From: Deinococcales bacterium
Lineage (GTDB): Bacteria; Deinococcota; Deinococci; Deinococcales; JAAFIG01
Assembly: GCA_043778225.1 (NCBI GenBank)
Contig: JAYWGM010000091.1
Location: forward strand, 1 to 64,000
DNA: 64,000 nucleotides
Direction of reading: 5' to 3'
Shown here one piece after another: positions 37,033-46,879 of the stretch; position 1 is the first letter of the stretch; each line of letters opens with the position of its first letter. Position numbers and translations under genes: made by a program. Below the pieces are notes generated by a model. It was not told where the DNA came from and did no database searches. It saw nothing but the letters and a program-made list of their open reading frames with translations.

Positions 37033-38337
37033 ATGAAGTCTTTTCGTTTTTTATGGCTGATGCTGTTTGTCTCGAGTCTGGCGCTGGCTGCCCCCAAATT
37101 GTTTATTCAGCCTCGAGATGGTATTGCCCCGATTCTCGAGCGCATCAATGCCGCCAAAACCAGTATTCGCCATAAAATTTATTTGTTCACCGATTCGCGC
37201 CAAGATGTGATTGATGCCTTAGCTGCTGCGACCAAACGCGGCGTGGATGTCAAAATTTTGCTTGAGCGCGAACCGAGCGGCACAAGTGGTGGCAACACCA
37301 CGATTTTTCTAAAACTGAGGGAGGCTGGCTTAAATGTGCAGTTGTCCCGAGCCTTTAAGTTTGTCTTTATTCACGAAAAGAGCTTTGTGTTTGACGACCG
37401 CGAAGCCCTGATTTCGACTGCCAACATCACTGGCTCGAGTTTTGGTGCAAACCGCGAATACCAAGTGGTGCTGGACGAACCAGCACTGGTACAAGAAGTT
37501 GCTAAAGTCTTTGATGCCGATTGGAAAGGCGAAGACATAGATTTACGTGATGCCAAACTGGTCTGGAGTCCGAGCCAAACCAAATCCAACGGTTTGGTGC
37601 GCGGCAATGCTCGAGAAAAAATGATTCAACTGATTCGCAGCGCTCGTTCGAGTTTGCTGATTCAACAACAAAGCATGGCGGACGAAGAAATTATCCGAGA
37701 AATATCCACCATCTCGAGACAAGGTATTGCCGTTACTCTGGTTGGACCACCCAACGAACTGACCGACACCTATTATATTGCCGGCGCAGAACGGCTGCGC
37801 CAAGCTGGGGTTAAGGTCAAGTACCTCCTGACCAATTATGTTCATGCCAAAGTGATTGTTGCCGATAAAACCCGAGCGCTGGTTGGCAGCATCAATTTAA
37901 GCGGCAACAGCATCAACAACAACCGCGAACTGAGTGTGATTCTCGAGACCAATAGCGCCCCAGAAGCGGTATCAGCACTGGTGGCTCAAATCGAACTCGA
38001 TGCCAGTAAAAGCGTAGACAGCAACCCGTTTGGCTTACCGAGGCTCGAGGCGGTTCAAGATGCTAAAAATATGGGCGAATTTGTCGGGCGCGAAGGCACA
38101 TTTGAAGGCATAGTCGAGGAAGTTGAACGCCGTGATGCGGTGGCATTTATTAACTTTGGCAAGGGCGACCTTGCGCCGCGTGGTGTGGTTTTTGCCCGAG
38201 CTTACGATAGCTTTGCCCAGCCATTCCCACAGGCTTATCTGGGTAAACGGGTGCAGATTCGTGGTCGGGTACAACTGTATGGCGATTACTTTGAGGTAAT
38301 TTTGAACACCCCAGACCAAATTACGGTGCTGCCTTAA
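37033..38337 (+). CDS. secreted phospholipase D family protein with C-terminal OB fold
   Basis: Signal peptide; HEKSFVFD and HAKVIVAD HKD motifs. Confidence 0.85.
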   Translation: MKSFRFLWLMLFVSSLALAAPKLFIQPRDGIAPILERINAAKTSIRHKIYLFTDSRQDVIDALAAATKRGVDVKILLEREPSGTSGGNTTIFLKLREAGLNVQLSRAFKFVFIHEKSFVFDDREALISTANITGSSFGANREYQVVLDEPALVQEVAKVFDADWKGEDIDLRDAKLVWSPSQTKSNGLVRGNAREKMIQLIRSARSSLLIQQQSMADEEIIREISTISRQGIAVTLVGPPNELTDTYYIAGAERLRQAGVKVKYLLTNYVHAKVIVADKTRALVGSINLSGNSINNNRELSVILETNSAPEAVSALVAQIELDASKSVDSNPFGLPRLEAVQDAKNMGEFVGREGTFEGIVEEVERRDAVAFINFGKGDLAPRGVVFARAYDSFAQPFPQAYLGKRVQIRGRVQLYGDYFEVILNTPDQITVLP

Positions 38338-38852
38338 AGTAAAGTCACAATGGACAACAAATCGGTCAGTTTGAGGTTGACCCCAACTGCCGCTCCAGCC
38401 GTGACTTCGATGCCAGTCCAGATTTTACCGCCATTGATGCCGTCGCGCAGGACATTATTGCTGTCGTCGAAGGTAAAGGCGCGTTTTGTGCCACTGCTCG
38501 AGAGTACAATTTCGCTCGAGTTAATTTTTTTCTCGCTGCTGCTTGGGCAAAAATAGAGCGTTCCCGTATTGGTGCATTTGGGGTCAAGGGCTGGGTCGGT
38601 GGTGCGCCCGTACAAGAACATCCGCACTTCGTTGGTGATTGGTGTGCCACTGGCATTGCCCTCGAGTTTGACACTGCTAAAACTAATTGATGGCTGATTA
38701 AAAACACTTGGATTTTTTTGATAAATCACACTGCCATTGGTATTGACCGCCACTGGAATCGTGACGTTAATATCGTCTATACCCAAACGCAATGGAAAAG
38801 CACCACAAGCCACCAGTAGCGAGGCAGAAGCCAAAAGAAAAGACCATTTCAT
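38334..38852 (-). CDS. hypothetical lipoprotein
   Basis: LVAC lipobox. Confidence 0.7.
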   Translation of the reverse strand: MKWSFLLASASLLVACGAFPLRLGIDDINVTIPVAVNTNGSVIYQKNPSVFNQPSISFSSVKLEGNASGTPITNEVRMFLYGRTTDPALDPKCTNTGTLYFCPSSSEKKINSSEIVLSSSGTKRAFTFDDSNNVLRDGINGGKIWTGIEVTAGAAVGVNLKLTDLLSIVTLL

Positions 38853-38908
38853 GGGCAGAATTATATCACTGTTGTCCGTGAACCTCGCCCCGACTTTAGG
38901 ATGGCTGC

Positions 38909-38962
38909 CTCAAGCCGTTGGGCTACTTACCACTCAAGCCGTTGGGCTACTTACCACTCGAG
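38909..38962. repeat. 24-bp tandem repeat spanning a stop codon
   Basis: CTCAAGCCGTTGGGCTACTTACCA x2, then CTCGAG. Confidence 0.9.
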
Positions 38963-39943
38963 ACGTTGCTGAGACCAACCACTCGAGTTCAAAAAATTCG
39001 CCACCGCACTGCCGGGTGGCACAAGTGCATCACAAGCCAAACGCAGTTCATCTGGCAGACTCATCTCGAGGACTGGCAAGTAATTCTTTAACTGCTCGAG
39101 GTTGCGCGGTCCAATGATTGGCGCAGTTACCCCAGTTTGGTCTTTGACCCACAGCACCGCCAATTGCACGGGGTCAAAACCATAGGCTCGAGCCAGTACC
39201 ACAAACTGATTTCCGACCGCCACGGCTTTTTCGGTCACACGCTCGCTATAAATTCCACCACGCAACGTGGCTCGAGAATCGGGGCTTGGATTTTCGTAGC
39301 GCCCAGCCAACATTCCCATGGCTAAGGGCGACCACGGCAAAATTGCTAGATTGTACTTTTGCGCCATTGGAATCAACTCGTTTTCGATGCGTCGGTCGAG
39401 CAAATTGTAGGGTGGTTGCTCCGAAGCAAACTTTGCCCAACCTCGAGCCTCGGATGTATTTAGCCCCTCGAGAATGCGCCAAGCTGGAGCGGTACTGCAC
39501 CCGATATAGCGCACCCAACCGCGCTGCACCAAGTCTTGCAGAGCCGACAATGTTTCCTCAAGCGGTGTGTCATCGAGGCGGTGCAATTGGTAGAGGTCTA
39601 TATAATCGGTTTTGAGGCGTTTTAGGCTTTCTTCGCAGGCTTTGAGAATGTGCTTTCTCGAGTTGCCATAATCGTTTGCGCCGACACCAGTCGGATAATG
39701 CACTTTGGTGGCGATGATTGCAGCCTCACGGCGTTTAAGGTGCTGCAAAGTTGCCCCAAGAATTTGTTCGGCAGCCCCATTTTTATAGCTGTTGCTGGTG
39801 TCAAAAAAATTGATTCCGGCATCCAAGGCAACCTCAATCATCTGAGCCGACTCGAGTTCTGAGGTTGGATTCAAAAAATTATCTGTCCCCAAAGCAAGCG
39901 GAGCGATTCGTAAGCCAGTTCGACCAAAAGGACGGTAAATCAT
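38951..39943 (-). CDS. aldo/keto reductase
   Basis: [31 protein letters not shown]. Confidence 0.93.
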   Translation of the reverse strand: MIYRPFGRTGLRIAPLALGTDNFLNPTSELESAQMIEVALDAGINFFDTSNSYKNGAAEQILGATLQHLKRREAAIIATKVHYPTGVGANDYGNSRKHILKACEESLKRLKTDYIDLYQLHRLDDTPLEETLSALQDLVQRGWVRYIGCSTAPAWRILEGLNTSEARGWAKFASEQPPYNLLDRRIENELIPMAQKYNLAILPWSPLAMGMLAGRYENPSPDSRATLRGGIYSERVTEKAVAVGNQFVVLARAYGFDPVQLAVLWVKDQTGVTAPIIGPRNLEQLKNYLPVLEMSLPDELRLACDALVPPGSAVANFLNSSGWSQQRLEW

Positions 39944-39964
39944 GGCTTAGAGTTTAATCAAAAA

Positions 39965-40660
39965 TTACGGCAAACGCTCGAGCGCTATTTTGGCTCGTTC
40001 GGCATACAATTTATCTTCGGCATCTTTGATTGGTAATTTGAGGGCAATTTGCAGTTGCTCTCGGGCTTTTTGGCGGTTGTTCATGGCAAGATAAGCCCTT
40101 GCATACTCGAGCCGAAATCCAATGTTGTTAGGGGCTATTTTTAAGGCTTCTTTGAATAAGGGTTCGACCTGTTGGACATCTGCCCCCAGCGAAATGACCG
40201 CCAGTTGTCCTCGAGCCGATACCTCGGCGTGCCAGACAGCCAAGGCAACCATTGCGCCAGAATGATTATTTTGTAGTTCTAGGGTTTTATCAAGCAACTG
40301 CTTAACTTTTGAACCTGTGCCTTGCATCAGTGCTACCCCAATGCCGCGCAGCACCCCAAGTTGCCCGATGGCTCGAGCCAATTCTAAATAGCTATTTGGG
40401 TTTTCTTTATCTTGGTTAATTGCTCGTTGGGCTTGTGCCTCGGCTTGAATGTAGAGCGTTTCGCGTTGTGCTTCGGGTAAGGTCGAGGCGTAAATGCTGT
40501 AAGCTCGAGCCGCAAAGGCAGAACCTGTGCTGGTATTGAGTTTAGCAAATTGTTGAGCCGCCGCCAAGAATTGCCCTTGGCTGTAGAGTTCTCGAGCTTC
40601 GGATAGGGCATCAGCAAGGGCTACTCCACAAAATATCAGTAAAGCAATTAAGTATTTCAT
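39965..40660 (-). CDS. secreted TPR-like protein
   Basis: Signal peptide, helical repeats. Confidence 0.7.
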   Translation of the reverse strand: MKYLIALLIFCGVALADALSEARELYSQGQFLAAAQQFAKLNTSTGSAFAARAYSIYASTLPEAQRETLYIQAEAQAQRAINQDKENPNSYLELARAIGQLGVLRGIGVALMQGTGSKVKQLLDKTLELQNNHSGAMVALAVWHAEVSARGQLAVISLGADVQQVEPLFKEALKIAPNNIGFRLEYARAYLAMNNRQKAREQLQIALKLPIKDAEDKLYAERAKIALERLP

Positions 40661-41856
40661 ACGCCACGCTCGAGTTTTAGGTGCAAGTTACGAATTTCAT
40701 AACCTTCTAGGGTTGGATTAAAGGTCACTTTTGGGGTGCTGACCAGTTTAATCGGCAATGCCAGCAGGCGCAACAAAAACACATCGGTTTCGGCAAAGGC
40801 TAAGAACGACCCGGGACAACGATGATGCCCGTCGCCAAAGCTCATGACTGGTTCTTGGACACTTTTTGGTAATGGTCGGGCTGGACAAAGGTCGTTGGGG
40901 TGTTCACCAACGGTTTTAGTGTCGGCATTGGCAGCATAAATATGCAGGTGCAACAACGCCCCACTTGGAATAACGGTGTCCTCGAGTTGCAGGGCAGCCG
41001 TGGTGCGGCGTTTGAGTGTGCCAATAACGGGTTCTAAACGCAGAATTTCGCCCAAAATGGCATGGCGTTCAGGTTCAGAAGCGACTAAATACCGAGCGCG
41101 TAAAGCGGGTCGCTCGAGCAAGTGCCAAACGCAAACACTGATAAATTCTCGAGTCGTCAGCATTCCGGCTGCCCCATACGTGACACATTCGCCAAGCACC
41201 TCAAAGGGCTTATAACCTAAGCCCAGCACATGGCTAATCAGGTCGTCTTGTGGTTTTTTGCGCCGCGCTATAATTGCGGGGCGGACATCCAAAAAGAAGA
41301 ATGACATGATTTTGTAGGCGGCGGTCAGTCGCATCAGTTTTTTTTGCCAATTTGGAATGGTGCTTGGATTAAAAGCAAATGCACCAATTCGCGCCGCTAA
41401 ACCTTGGCGTGAACTGCCCGATAAACCAATCACTTCGGCAGCAACCCCAACGGCTAACTCGAGCGAAAGTTGGCTCAGGTCGCTTTTACCTTTTTGCTCG
41501 AGTCGCGCAATCAGTTCGGCGGTTAGGCTTTCCATGATGTGTTTGTGTTTGCTGTTGGTGGTGCTTGGCGTAAAAAACTTAGCCGTTTGGCTTCGCAGTT
41601 GTTTGTGGCGTTCGCCCTCGAGAAATAAAATCGGCTCGCGCATATGTTTGATGTTGGGTCCGAGTTGTTCGGCATTAAATCCAGCTTGGCGGGTGCTATC
41701 GGAGCGCAAAATTTGGCGGCACAAGTCAAATGAACGAATCTGCCAAATACCGTTGTTATCTTGTTCGATGCTTGGATTGGCAGAGATGTTGCCTGCTTGG
41801 GTTTTACGAGCCATGGTCTCTAAACTTTTGTCTACTGGGCAGGTTTGTAAGGTCAT
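40657..41856 (-). CDS. cytochrome P450
   Basis: AAGMLTT, EILR, FGDGHHRCPG. Confidence 0.93.
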   Translation of the reverse strand: MTLQTCPVDKSLETMARKTQAGNISANPSIEQDNNGIWQIRSFDLCRQILRSDSTRQAGFNAEQLGPNIKHMREPILFLEGERHKQLRSQTAKFFTPSTTNSKHKHIMESLTAELIARLEQKGKSDLSQLSLELAVGVAAEVIGLSGSSRQGLAARIGAFAFNPSTIPNWQKKLMRLTAAYKIMSFFFLDVRPAIIARRKKPQDDLISHVLGLGYKPFEVLGECVTYGAAGMLTTREFISVCVWHLLERPALRARYLVASEPERHAILGEILRLEPVIGTLKRRTTAALQLEDTVIPSGALLHLHIYAANADTKTVGEHPNDLCPARPLPKSVQEPVMSFGDGHHRCPGSFLAFAETDVFLLRLLALPIKLVSTPKVTFNPTLEGYEIRNLHLKLERGV

Positions 41857-41865
41857 CTGGACTCC

Positions 41866-41890
41866 TTTATGATACAGCGTGTATCATAAA
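41866..41890. promoter_or_regulatory. perfect palindromic operator (likely TetR site)
   Basis: TTTATGATACA-GCG-TGTATCATAAA between the P450 and the divergent TetR. Confidence 0.75.
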
Positions 41891-41957
41891 TCAAGATTTT
41901 GTTCAAAAAATGAGAAGCCCACTAGGCAGTCTCGAGTCAAGCCGCCATAATGCTTGC

Positions 41958-42509
41958 ATGGTAGCGATTGCCAAAACAGACCGACGTATCAGTAAAACCC
42001 GTTGGCAATTAACCCAAGCCTTTGTGGACTTGGCACTCGAGCGCGACTATGAGCAAATTACGCTGCGAGATTTGACTGAACGCGCCAAAGTTGGGTATGC
42101 CACTTTTTTTAGGCATTACCCTGATAAAGAAAGTTTCTTAAACGCGATTCTCGAGGAGAGTATCGGAATTCTGATTGGTAGCATTGCGCCTTTAAGTAAC
42201 CAACCTGAACGAATCATCAGGGTTGTTTTTGAACAATTAACCGAGCAACCTAAGCGCTACCAAATGCTTCTCAAAACCCGTCATATCAGCCATTTACTCG
42301 AGCGGGTCTTGGCAGTCGGTTCAGTTCTTTTTATTCAGCAACTTGGACCGCACTTAAAACCAAATATCCCACCCGAATTGGCAGCACGGCACGCGATTGG
42401 GGCAATTATCAACCTGATTGAATGGTGGCTCGAGCAACCAACCCGAGAAACCCCTGAACGCATGGGAGAGTTGATCAATGCCTTGATTATTTCTCCGATG
42501 CAACAATGA
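41958..42509 (+). CDS. TetR/AcrR regulator
   Basis: DRR..KTR..L, ITLRDL.ERA.VG..TFFRHY.DK; CATAAT-N6-ATG. Confidence 0.9.
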   Translation: MVAIAKTDRRISKTRWQLTQAFVDLALERDYEQITLRDLTERAKVGYATFFRHYPDKESFLNAILEESIGILIGSIAPLSNQPERIIRVVFEQLTEQPKRYQMLLKTRHISHLLERVLAVGSVLFIQQLGPHLKPNIPPELAARHAIGAIINLIEWWLEQPTRETPERMGELINALIISPMQQ

Positions 42510-42544
42510 GAACTGGTTCATCTCGAGCCGCGTAGACTTTATCC

Positions 42545-43414
42545 ATGTTCACACCAGTATCAACTCGAGGTAGACTAGACACAATGACCCAAGAACCCGC
42601 AGTTGCACCCAGTTGGCGTTCTCGAGTCGTCCGCACTGCCCAAGGCTTGATGCGCCCCTTGTATGCCTTATACGAACAACGGCTCGAGCGTAAAGTCCAA
42701 AGTCAAACCATGCCAAAACACATCGGTTTAATTTTAGATGGCAACCGCCGTTTTGCCAAAGCGCTGGGTTTAGATGGCAAAGCTGGCTACGAATTTGGTG
42801 TGGACAAAGCCCACGAAGTGCTTGGTTGGTGTTTAGAACTTGGCATTCCCGCCGCGACCATCTGGGTACTCAGCACCGATAACTTTACCAAACGCGGCAC
42901 AGACGAAGTTCAACACCTGATGCACCTGTTTGAACGCGAAGCCCGCAACCTTGCCAAAGACCCACGGATTCATGGCAACCGTGTTCGGGTACGCGCCATT
43001 GGGCGGCACGATTTATTTCCCGAAGATGTGCTTGCCAGTCTGCGCGACCTCGAGACTGCCACTGCTCACTACGATGGCATGACCTTGAACATTGCAGTTG
43101 GATATGGTGGACGCGAAGAAATTGTAGATGCAGTTAAAAAACTCTTGCTTTCAAAAACAGGTCAAACCCCAGAAAGCATTGCTGCAACCCTCGAGCCAGA
43201 AGCGATTGGGCAGCATTTGTACACCGCCGATTTGCCAGACCCAGACTTTATTATTCGTACTTCGGGCGAAATTAGATTAGGTGGATTCATGCTCTGGCAA
43301 AGCGCTTATTCTGAGTATTATTTTTGCGAAGCCAATTGGCCCGATTTTCGGCGCATAGATTTTTTACGCGCTATCCGTGCCTATCAAGCTAGGGACTCGA
43401 GACTCGGGAAATAA
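42545..43414 (+). CDS. cis-isoprenyl diphosphate synthase (UppS family)
   Basis: HIGLILDGNRR, LSTDN, YGGREEI, IRTSGE.R. Confidence 0.92.
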   Translation: MFTPVSTRGRLDTMTQEPAVAPSWRSRVVRTAQGLMRPLYALYEQRLERKVQSQTMPKHIGLILDGNRRFAKALGLDGKAGYEFGVDKAHEVLGWCLELGIPAATIWVLSTDNFTKRGTDEVQHLMHLFEREARNLAKDPRIHGNRVRVRAIGRHDLFPEDVLASLRDLETATAHYDGMTLNIAVGYGGREEIVDAVKKLLLSKTGQTPESIAATLEPEAIGQHLYTADLPDPDFIIRTSGEIRLGGFMLWQSAYSEYYFCEANWPDFRRIDFLRAIRAYQARDSRLGK

Positions 43415-43796
43415 TGGCTGGCACAAATAAATATAAGCCAATCAGTAAACTTGCCAAGCCCGAGACCAGCACTGCCCCAGCCGCCGTATCCTTAGCAATT
43501 TTTGCCAATGGATGATAGGTCGGCGAAACCAAGTCCACAATTGCCTCGAGGGCGGTATTGATTAACTCCAGACTCAGCACCAAAGCACAGCACAACACCA
43601 CAGGCACAAGATTCACACCCAGCACCAGTGCCAAAAGATTGACCAAGACCGAAATATAAAGCTCGACTCTAAAATTGCGCTCGGTGCGCCACGCATAGGC
43701 AATGCCACTTATGGCATAGAAAAAATTCTTCAAGAAATCACGCTGGGGCGCATGGCGCGGTGGGTCGGTAAGGCTCGAGCGTTCTCGAGGAGTCAT
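43389..43796 (-). CDS. dgkA: diacylglycerol/undecaprenol kinase
   Basis: ERNFR, ELINTALE..VD, AKD.AAGAV. Confidence 0.88.
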   Translation of the reverse strand: MTPRERSSLTDPPRHAPQRDFLKNFFYAISGIAYAWRTERNFRVELYISVLVNLLALVLGVNLVPVVLCCALVLSLELINTALEAIVDLVSPTYHPLAKIAKDTAAGAVLVSGLASLLIGLYLFVPAIISRVSSP

Positions 43797-43893
43797 GGCT
43801 AGAGCATACCGCGCTACGCCATTTGGCGCATTTCCCACAAAGCTCGAGAACGTGCTAAGATTTTTTCAATAACCCCAAAGGAGGTGCTTGAAT

Positions 43894-44025
43894 ATGAATC
43901 ACAACTTAACCTTTGTCCGACTCGAGAAAACCGTGTCTCGAACTAATAATAGCTTTGTTTCCCCTACTTTTAGGAGTAACCGTGATTCCAACATTTTCAG
44001 CATCACCTTGGCAGCATCAACCTAA
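43894..44025 (+). CDS. 43-aa upstream peptide
   Basis: AAGGAGGTG RBS, ATG..TAA, ends 21 nt before the RIO kinase. Confidence 0.55.
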   Translation: MNHNLTFVRLEKTVSRTNNSFVSPTFRSNRDSNIFSITLAAST

Positions 44026-44046
44026 ACACAATCCGGTGGTCTTCTA

Positions 44047-45063
44047 ATGCCGCGTCATCCTGCGCTGCTGGCGCTGACCGAAAATGCTGTCCCAAATGCG
44101 TTTGAACTGACCAAAACCGCGATTGTAGCTCGAGCCGAAACGCCACTCGAGCCTGAAGAAATAACCGATGAACCGTGGTGGGCAGACCTCGAGGCACTCG
44201 ATAAAATCGAGGAATTCCAAGACCGTTCGCACCGACTTGGCAAAGGTAAACCAGCCCGTAGGCGCACGGTCAGCCAACTTCATGCGGCATCAGACATTGA
44301 TTTCAAAAAAGATGACCGCAAATTTATAGATTCTGGACTCGAGGAACTGTTTATTCGCGGGTTAATCAAAGATGTCCTATGGCAATTAAAAAGCGGTAAG
44401 GAAGCCACAGTTTACGTCTGCGAAGGACAAACGGGTTTGGTTGCCGCCAAGCTCTACGTGGATTCTCGAGTTCGTGGTTTCAAAGACGATGCCCTGTACC
44501 GCGAAGGACGCAACATAGACGATAAACGCCTGCAAAAAGCGATTGACCAACGCTCCGAAACAGGCATCTCAGCCCAGAATTTCTTGTGGGTACAAGAAGA
44601 ATTTAATCAACTTCACGCCCTGCATAAGGCTGGTGTGCGCGTACCCAAACCACTGGCACACGAAGGCAGCGTCATTTTAATGGAATTTATCGGCAACGAA
44701 GACGAAGTTGCCCAACGTGTCGCCGATGCCCGACTGAGCAAAGAACAAGCCGAAATTGCCTTTGCCCAAGCCCTCGAGCAGTACGCCCACATTCTAAGCA
44801 CGGGCAGGGTTCATGGGGATTTTAGCACCTTTAATTTACTCTGGTGGCAAGGTGAATGCGTGGTTATAGACTTCCCGCAAGTGGTCAGTATCAAACAACC
44901 TGCTGCTAAACCGATTCTCGAGCGTGACATTCAAGGGCTATGCCGAACGTTTAGCACCTTTGGGATTAAAAAAGATTGGCAAGCCGCCCTAAAAATTATT
45001 CAAGCCAAGGCTCGAGCGCTGCAAACAGAAATGCTAACCGAGGAAATGGAGAATATCCTATGA
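44047..45063 (+). CDS. RIO1-family kinase
   Basis: LKSGKEATVY, AAKLY, VHGDFSTFN, IDFPQ. Confidence 0.9.
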   Translation: MPRHPALLALTENAVPNAFELTKTAIVARAETPLEPEEITDEPWWADLEALDKIEEFQDRSHRLGKGKPARRRTVSQLHAASDIDFKKDDRKFIDSGLEELFIRGLIKDVLWQLKSGKEATVYVCEGQTGLVAAKLYVDSRVRGFKDDALYREGRNIDDKRLQKAIDQRSETGISAQNFLWVQEEFNQLHALHKAGVRVPKPLAHEGSVILMEFIGNEDEVAQRVADARLSKEQAEIAFAQALEQYAHILSTGRVHGDFSTFNLLWWQGECVVIDFPQVVSIKQPAAKPILERDIQGLCRTFSTFGIKKDWQAALKIIQAKARALQTEMLTEEMENIL

Positions 45064-45887
45064 GTGCAACGATGCAACTCGAGTTTGCCAATCAAATCAC
45101 GGCTTTACTACAAACCGATGCTCGAGTAAAAGCTGTCTGGCTCGAGGGTAGCCTTGGGCGTGGACAAGGGGATAAGCATTCGGATATTGATATACACATT
45201 GCGCTGGCTCAAGAAGATTTCGATGCTTTCAAAGCCGATTACGAAAACATTTTGAAGCAACTTCATCCAGTCCTAAAGCACCACGAATTATTTGGTGGCA
45301 ACATGATTGGTACGCTGTTGTTGCATCCAAATGGTGACATCATTGCCCATCAAACTTGGCTTGATGCCAAAACCGATATTCAAATCACCCAGCATCGAAG
45401 CCAAGTGTTATTTGACCGTGATAACATTCTTAAAACCGTGTCAGCCATTGCCTCGAGTGCCGAGGAAATAAGAAAAGCCCTGTATGTGGAAATTTGTTAC
45501 TTCTGGAGCTTATTTAGTGTACTCCCAAGTATTGAACGCGGCGAAATTCTTTCGGCATCGCAACGACTGCATTACATGATGGTGCAAATGATTTTGGTAT
45601 TCTCCCTTGGACGCGGCAGAATGCGCGATGTTGGCGACCAGCGCTACAATGAATTACTCAAAGGGAACGAACAGCAAGAACTCGAGGCAATCATGCACTT
45701 ACCAGATTACTCCAAGGCTTCAATCATTAAAGCTCATTTTGAATTAGCCAAGCTCATGCAGGACGCAGGCAAAAAAGCTGCAATCACTTGGGAAGCCATT
45801 TACCCAGAAGCACTCGAGCAAGCTGTGCTGACTTATGTTTCCCGAGAATTAAGGCGTATGGGTTTTGAACTCGAGAAAACCCCATGA
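45060..45887 (+). CDS. nucleotidyltransferase (antibiotic NTase-like)
   Basis: WLEGSLGRG..D.HSDID; helical C-terminal domain. Confidence 0.75.
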   Translation: MSATMQLEFANQITALLQTDARVKAVWLEGSLGRGQGDKHSDIDIHIALAQEDFDAFKADYENILKQLHPVLKHHELFGGNMIGTLLLHPNGDIIAHQTWLDAKTDIQITQHRSQVLFDRDNILKTVSAIASSAEEIRKALYVEICYFWSLFSVLPSIERGEILSASQRLHYMMVQMILVFSLGRGRMRDVGDQRYNELLKGNEQQELEAIMHLPDYSKASIIKAHFELAKLMQDAGKKAAITWEAIYPEALEQAVLTYVSRELRRMGFELEKTP

Positions 45888-45892
45888 CCAAA

Positions 45893-46444
45893 TCAACGAT
45901 TCATTGGCACAATGCCACTGTAAATATCCTCGAGCCTGAGCGTTAAATCTAAGCATGGAATATCAAATTCACCTGTGTTCTCGAGCAGCGAAAAGCGCCA
46001 TTGTGTGCCATCTCTTGAGTACACAAAAGCTAAAGCCCTATCTTGGCGCAGCAGCACGTAACGTTGCACACTGGCAATTTTTAGGTACTCCTCGAGTTTT
46101 TCGTTTTCATCCACATCTCGGGTGCTGTCGGATAGCACTTCAAAAACAGCACAAGGCGCTTTTATCAGGTATTCATCGGCATCTTCTTCGCAGGTCACAA
46201 CCACATCTGGATAACGATATTCTCCGTTAGGGACTTGCATTTTGACAACAGTAAAGAACACATCGCAATTTTTGGCTTCGGCAGCAGCATCGAGTAACCT
46301 GAGTAACTTCCCTACCAAACGATTATTTTGTTTCTTAACCTTGGATTTTTCGTGCATCACACCGTTCACAAATTCATGACGAAGCTCAGATTGTTTCTCG
46401 AGTGCAAAGTATTCTTCTTCGCTTAGTCGTTTTTCGGCAATCAT
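45893..46444 (-). CDS. Uma2 family endonuclease
   Basis: YPDVVV, FEVLSDST...D..EK...Y. Confidence 0.88.
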   Translation of the reverse strand: MIAEKRLSEEEYFALEKQSELRHEFVNGVMHEKSKVKKQNNRLVGKLLRLLDAAAEAKNCDVFFTVVKMQVPNGEYRYPDVVVTCEEDADEYLIKAPCAVFEVLSDSTRDVDENEKLEEYLKIASVQRYVLLRQDRALAFVYSRDGTQWRFSLLENTGEFDIPCLDLTLRLEDIYSGIVPMNR

Positions 46445-46477
46445 TCTAATAGTCTAATGGACACTTTATGAGGTGAA

Positions 46478-46879
46478 ATGAACTTAACATATTTAATCAA
46501 TCCACCACTCGAGAATACAGTCTTGAACACACTTTTCTCGAGTGCATGGGGCAAACCGTATAATGTGGATTTTCAGCCTGAACTCAATGCTGCCTTGTGT
46601 TACATCTGTGCTTTCGACGATTCCAAACTGATTGGTTTTGTAAAACTGATTGGGGATGCTGGGGTTCATGCGTTTCTGCTCGACCCGTCGGTACATCAGG
46701 ATTACAAGCGCCTTGGTATTGGGCAAGAACTGGTGGCTCAAGCCGTGGCATTTGCCAAAGAACACGGTTGCGAATGGGTTCATGTGGACTTTGATGATGA
46801 CCTCGAGCCATTTTATACAAAATGCGGTTTTAAGCCGACCAAGGCAGGTTTAATAGCCTTATCTGGAGAAACATTTTGA
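46478..46879 (+). CDS. GNAT acetyltransferase
   Basis: VH.DYKRLGIG, FY.KCGF. Confidence 0.88.
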   Translation: MNLTYLINPPLENTVLNTLFSSAWGKPYNVDFQPELNAALCYICAFDDSKLIGFVKLIGDAGVHAFLLDPSVHQDYKRLGIGQELVAQAVAFAKEHGCEWVHVDFDDDLEPFYTKCGFKPTKAGLIALSGETF

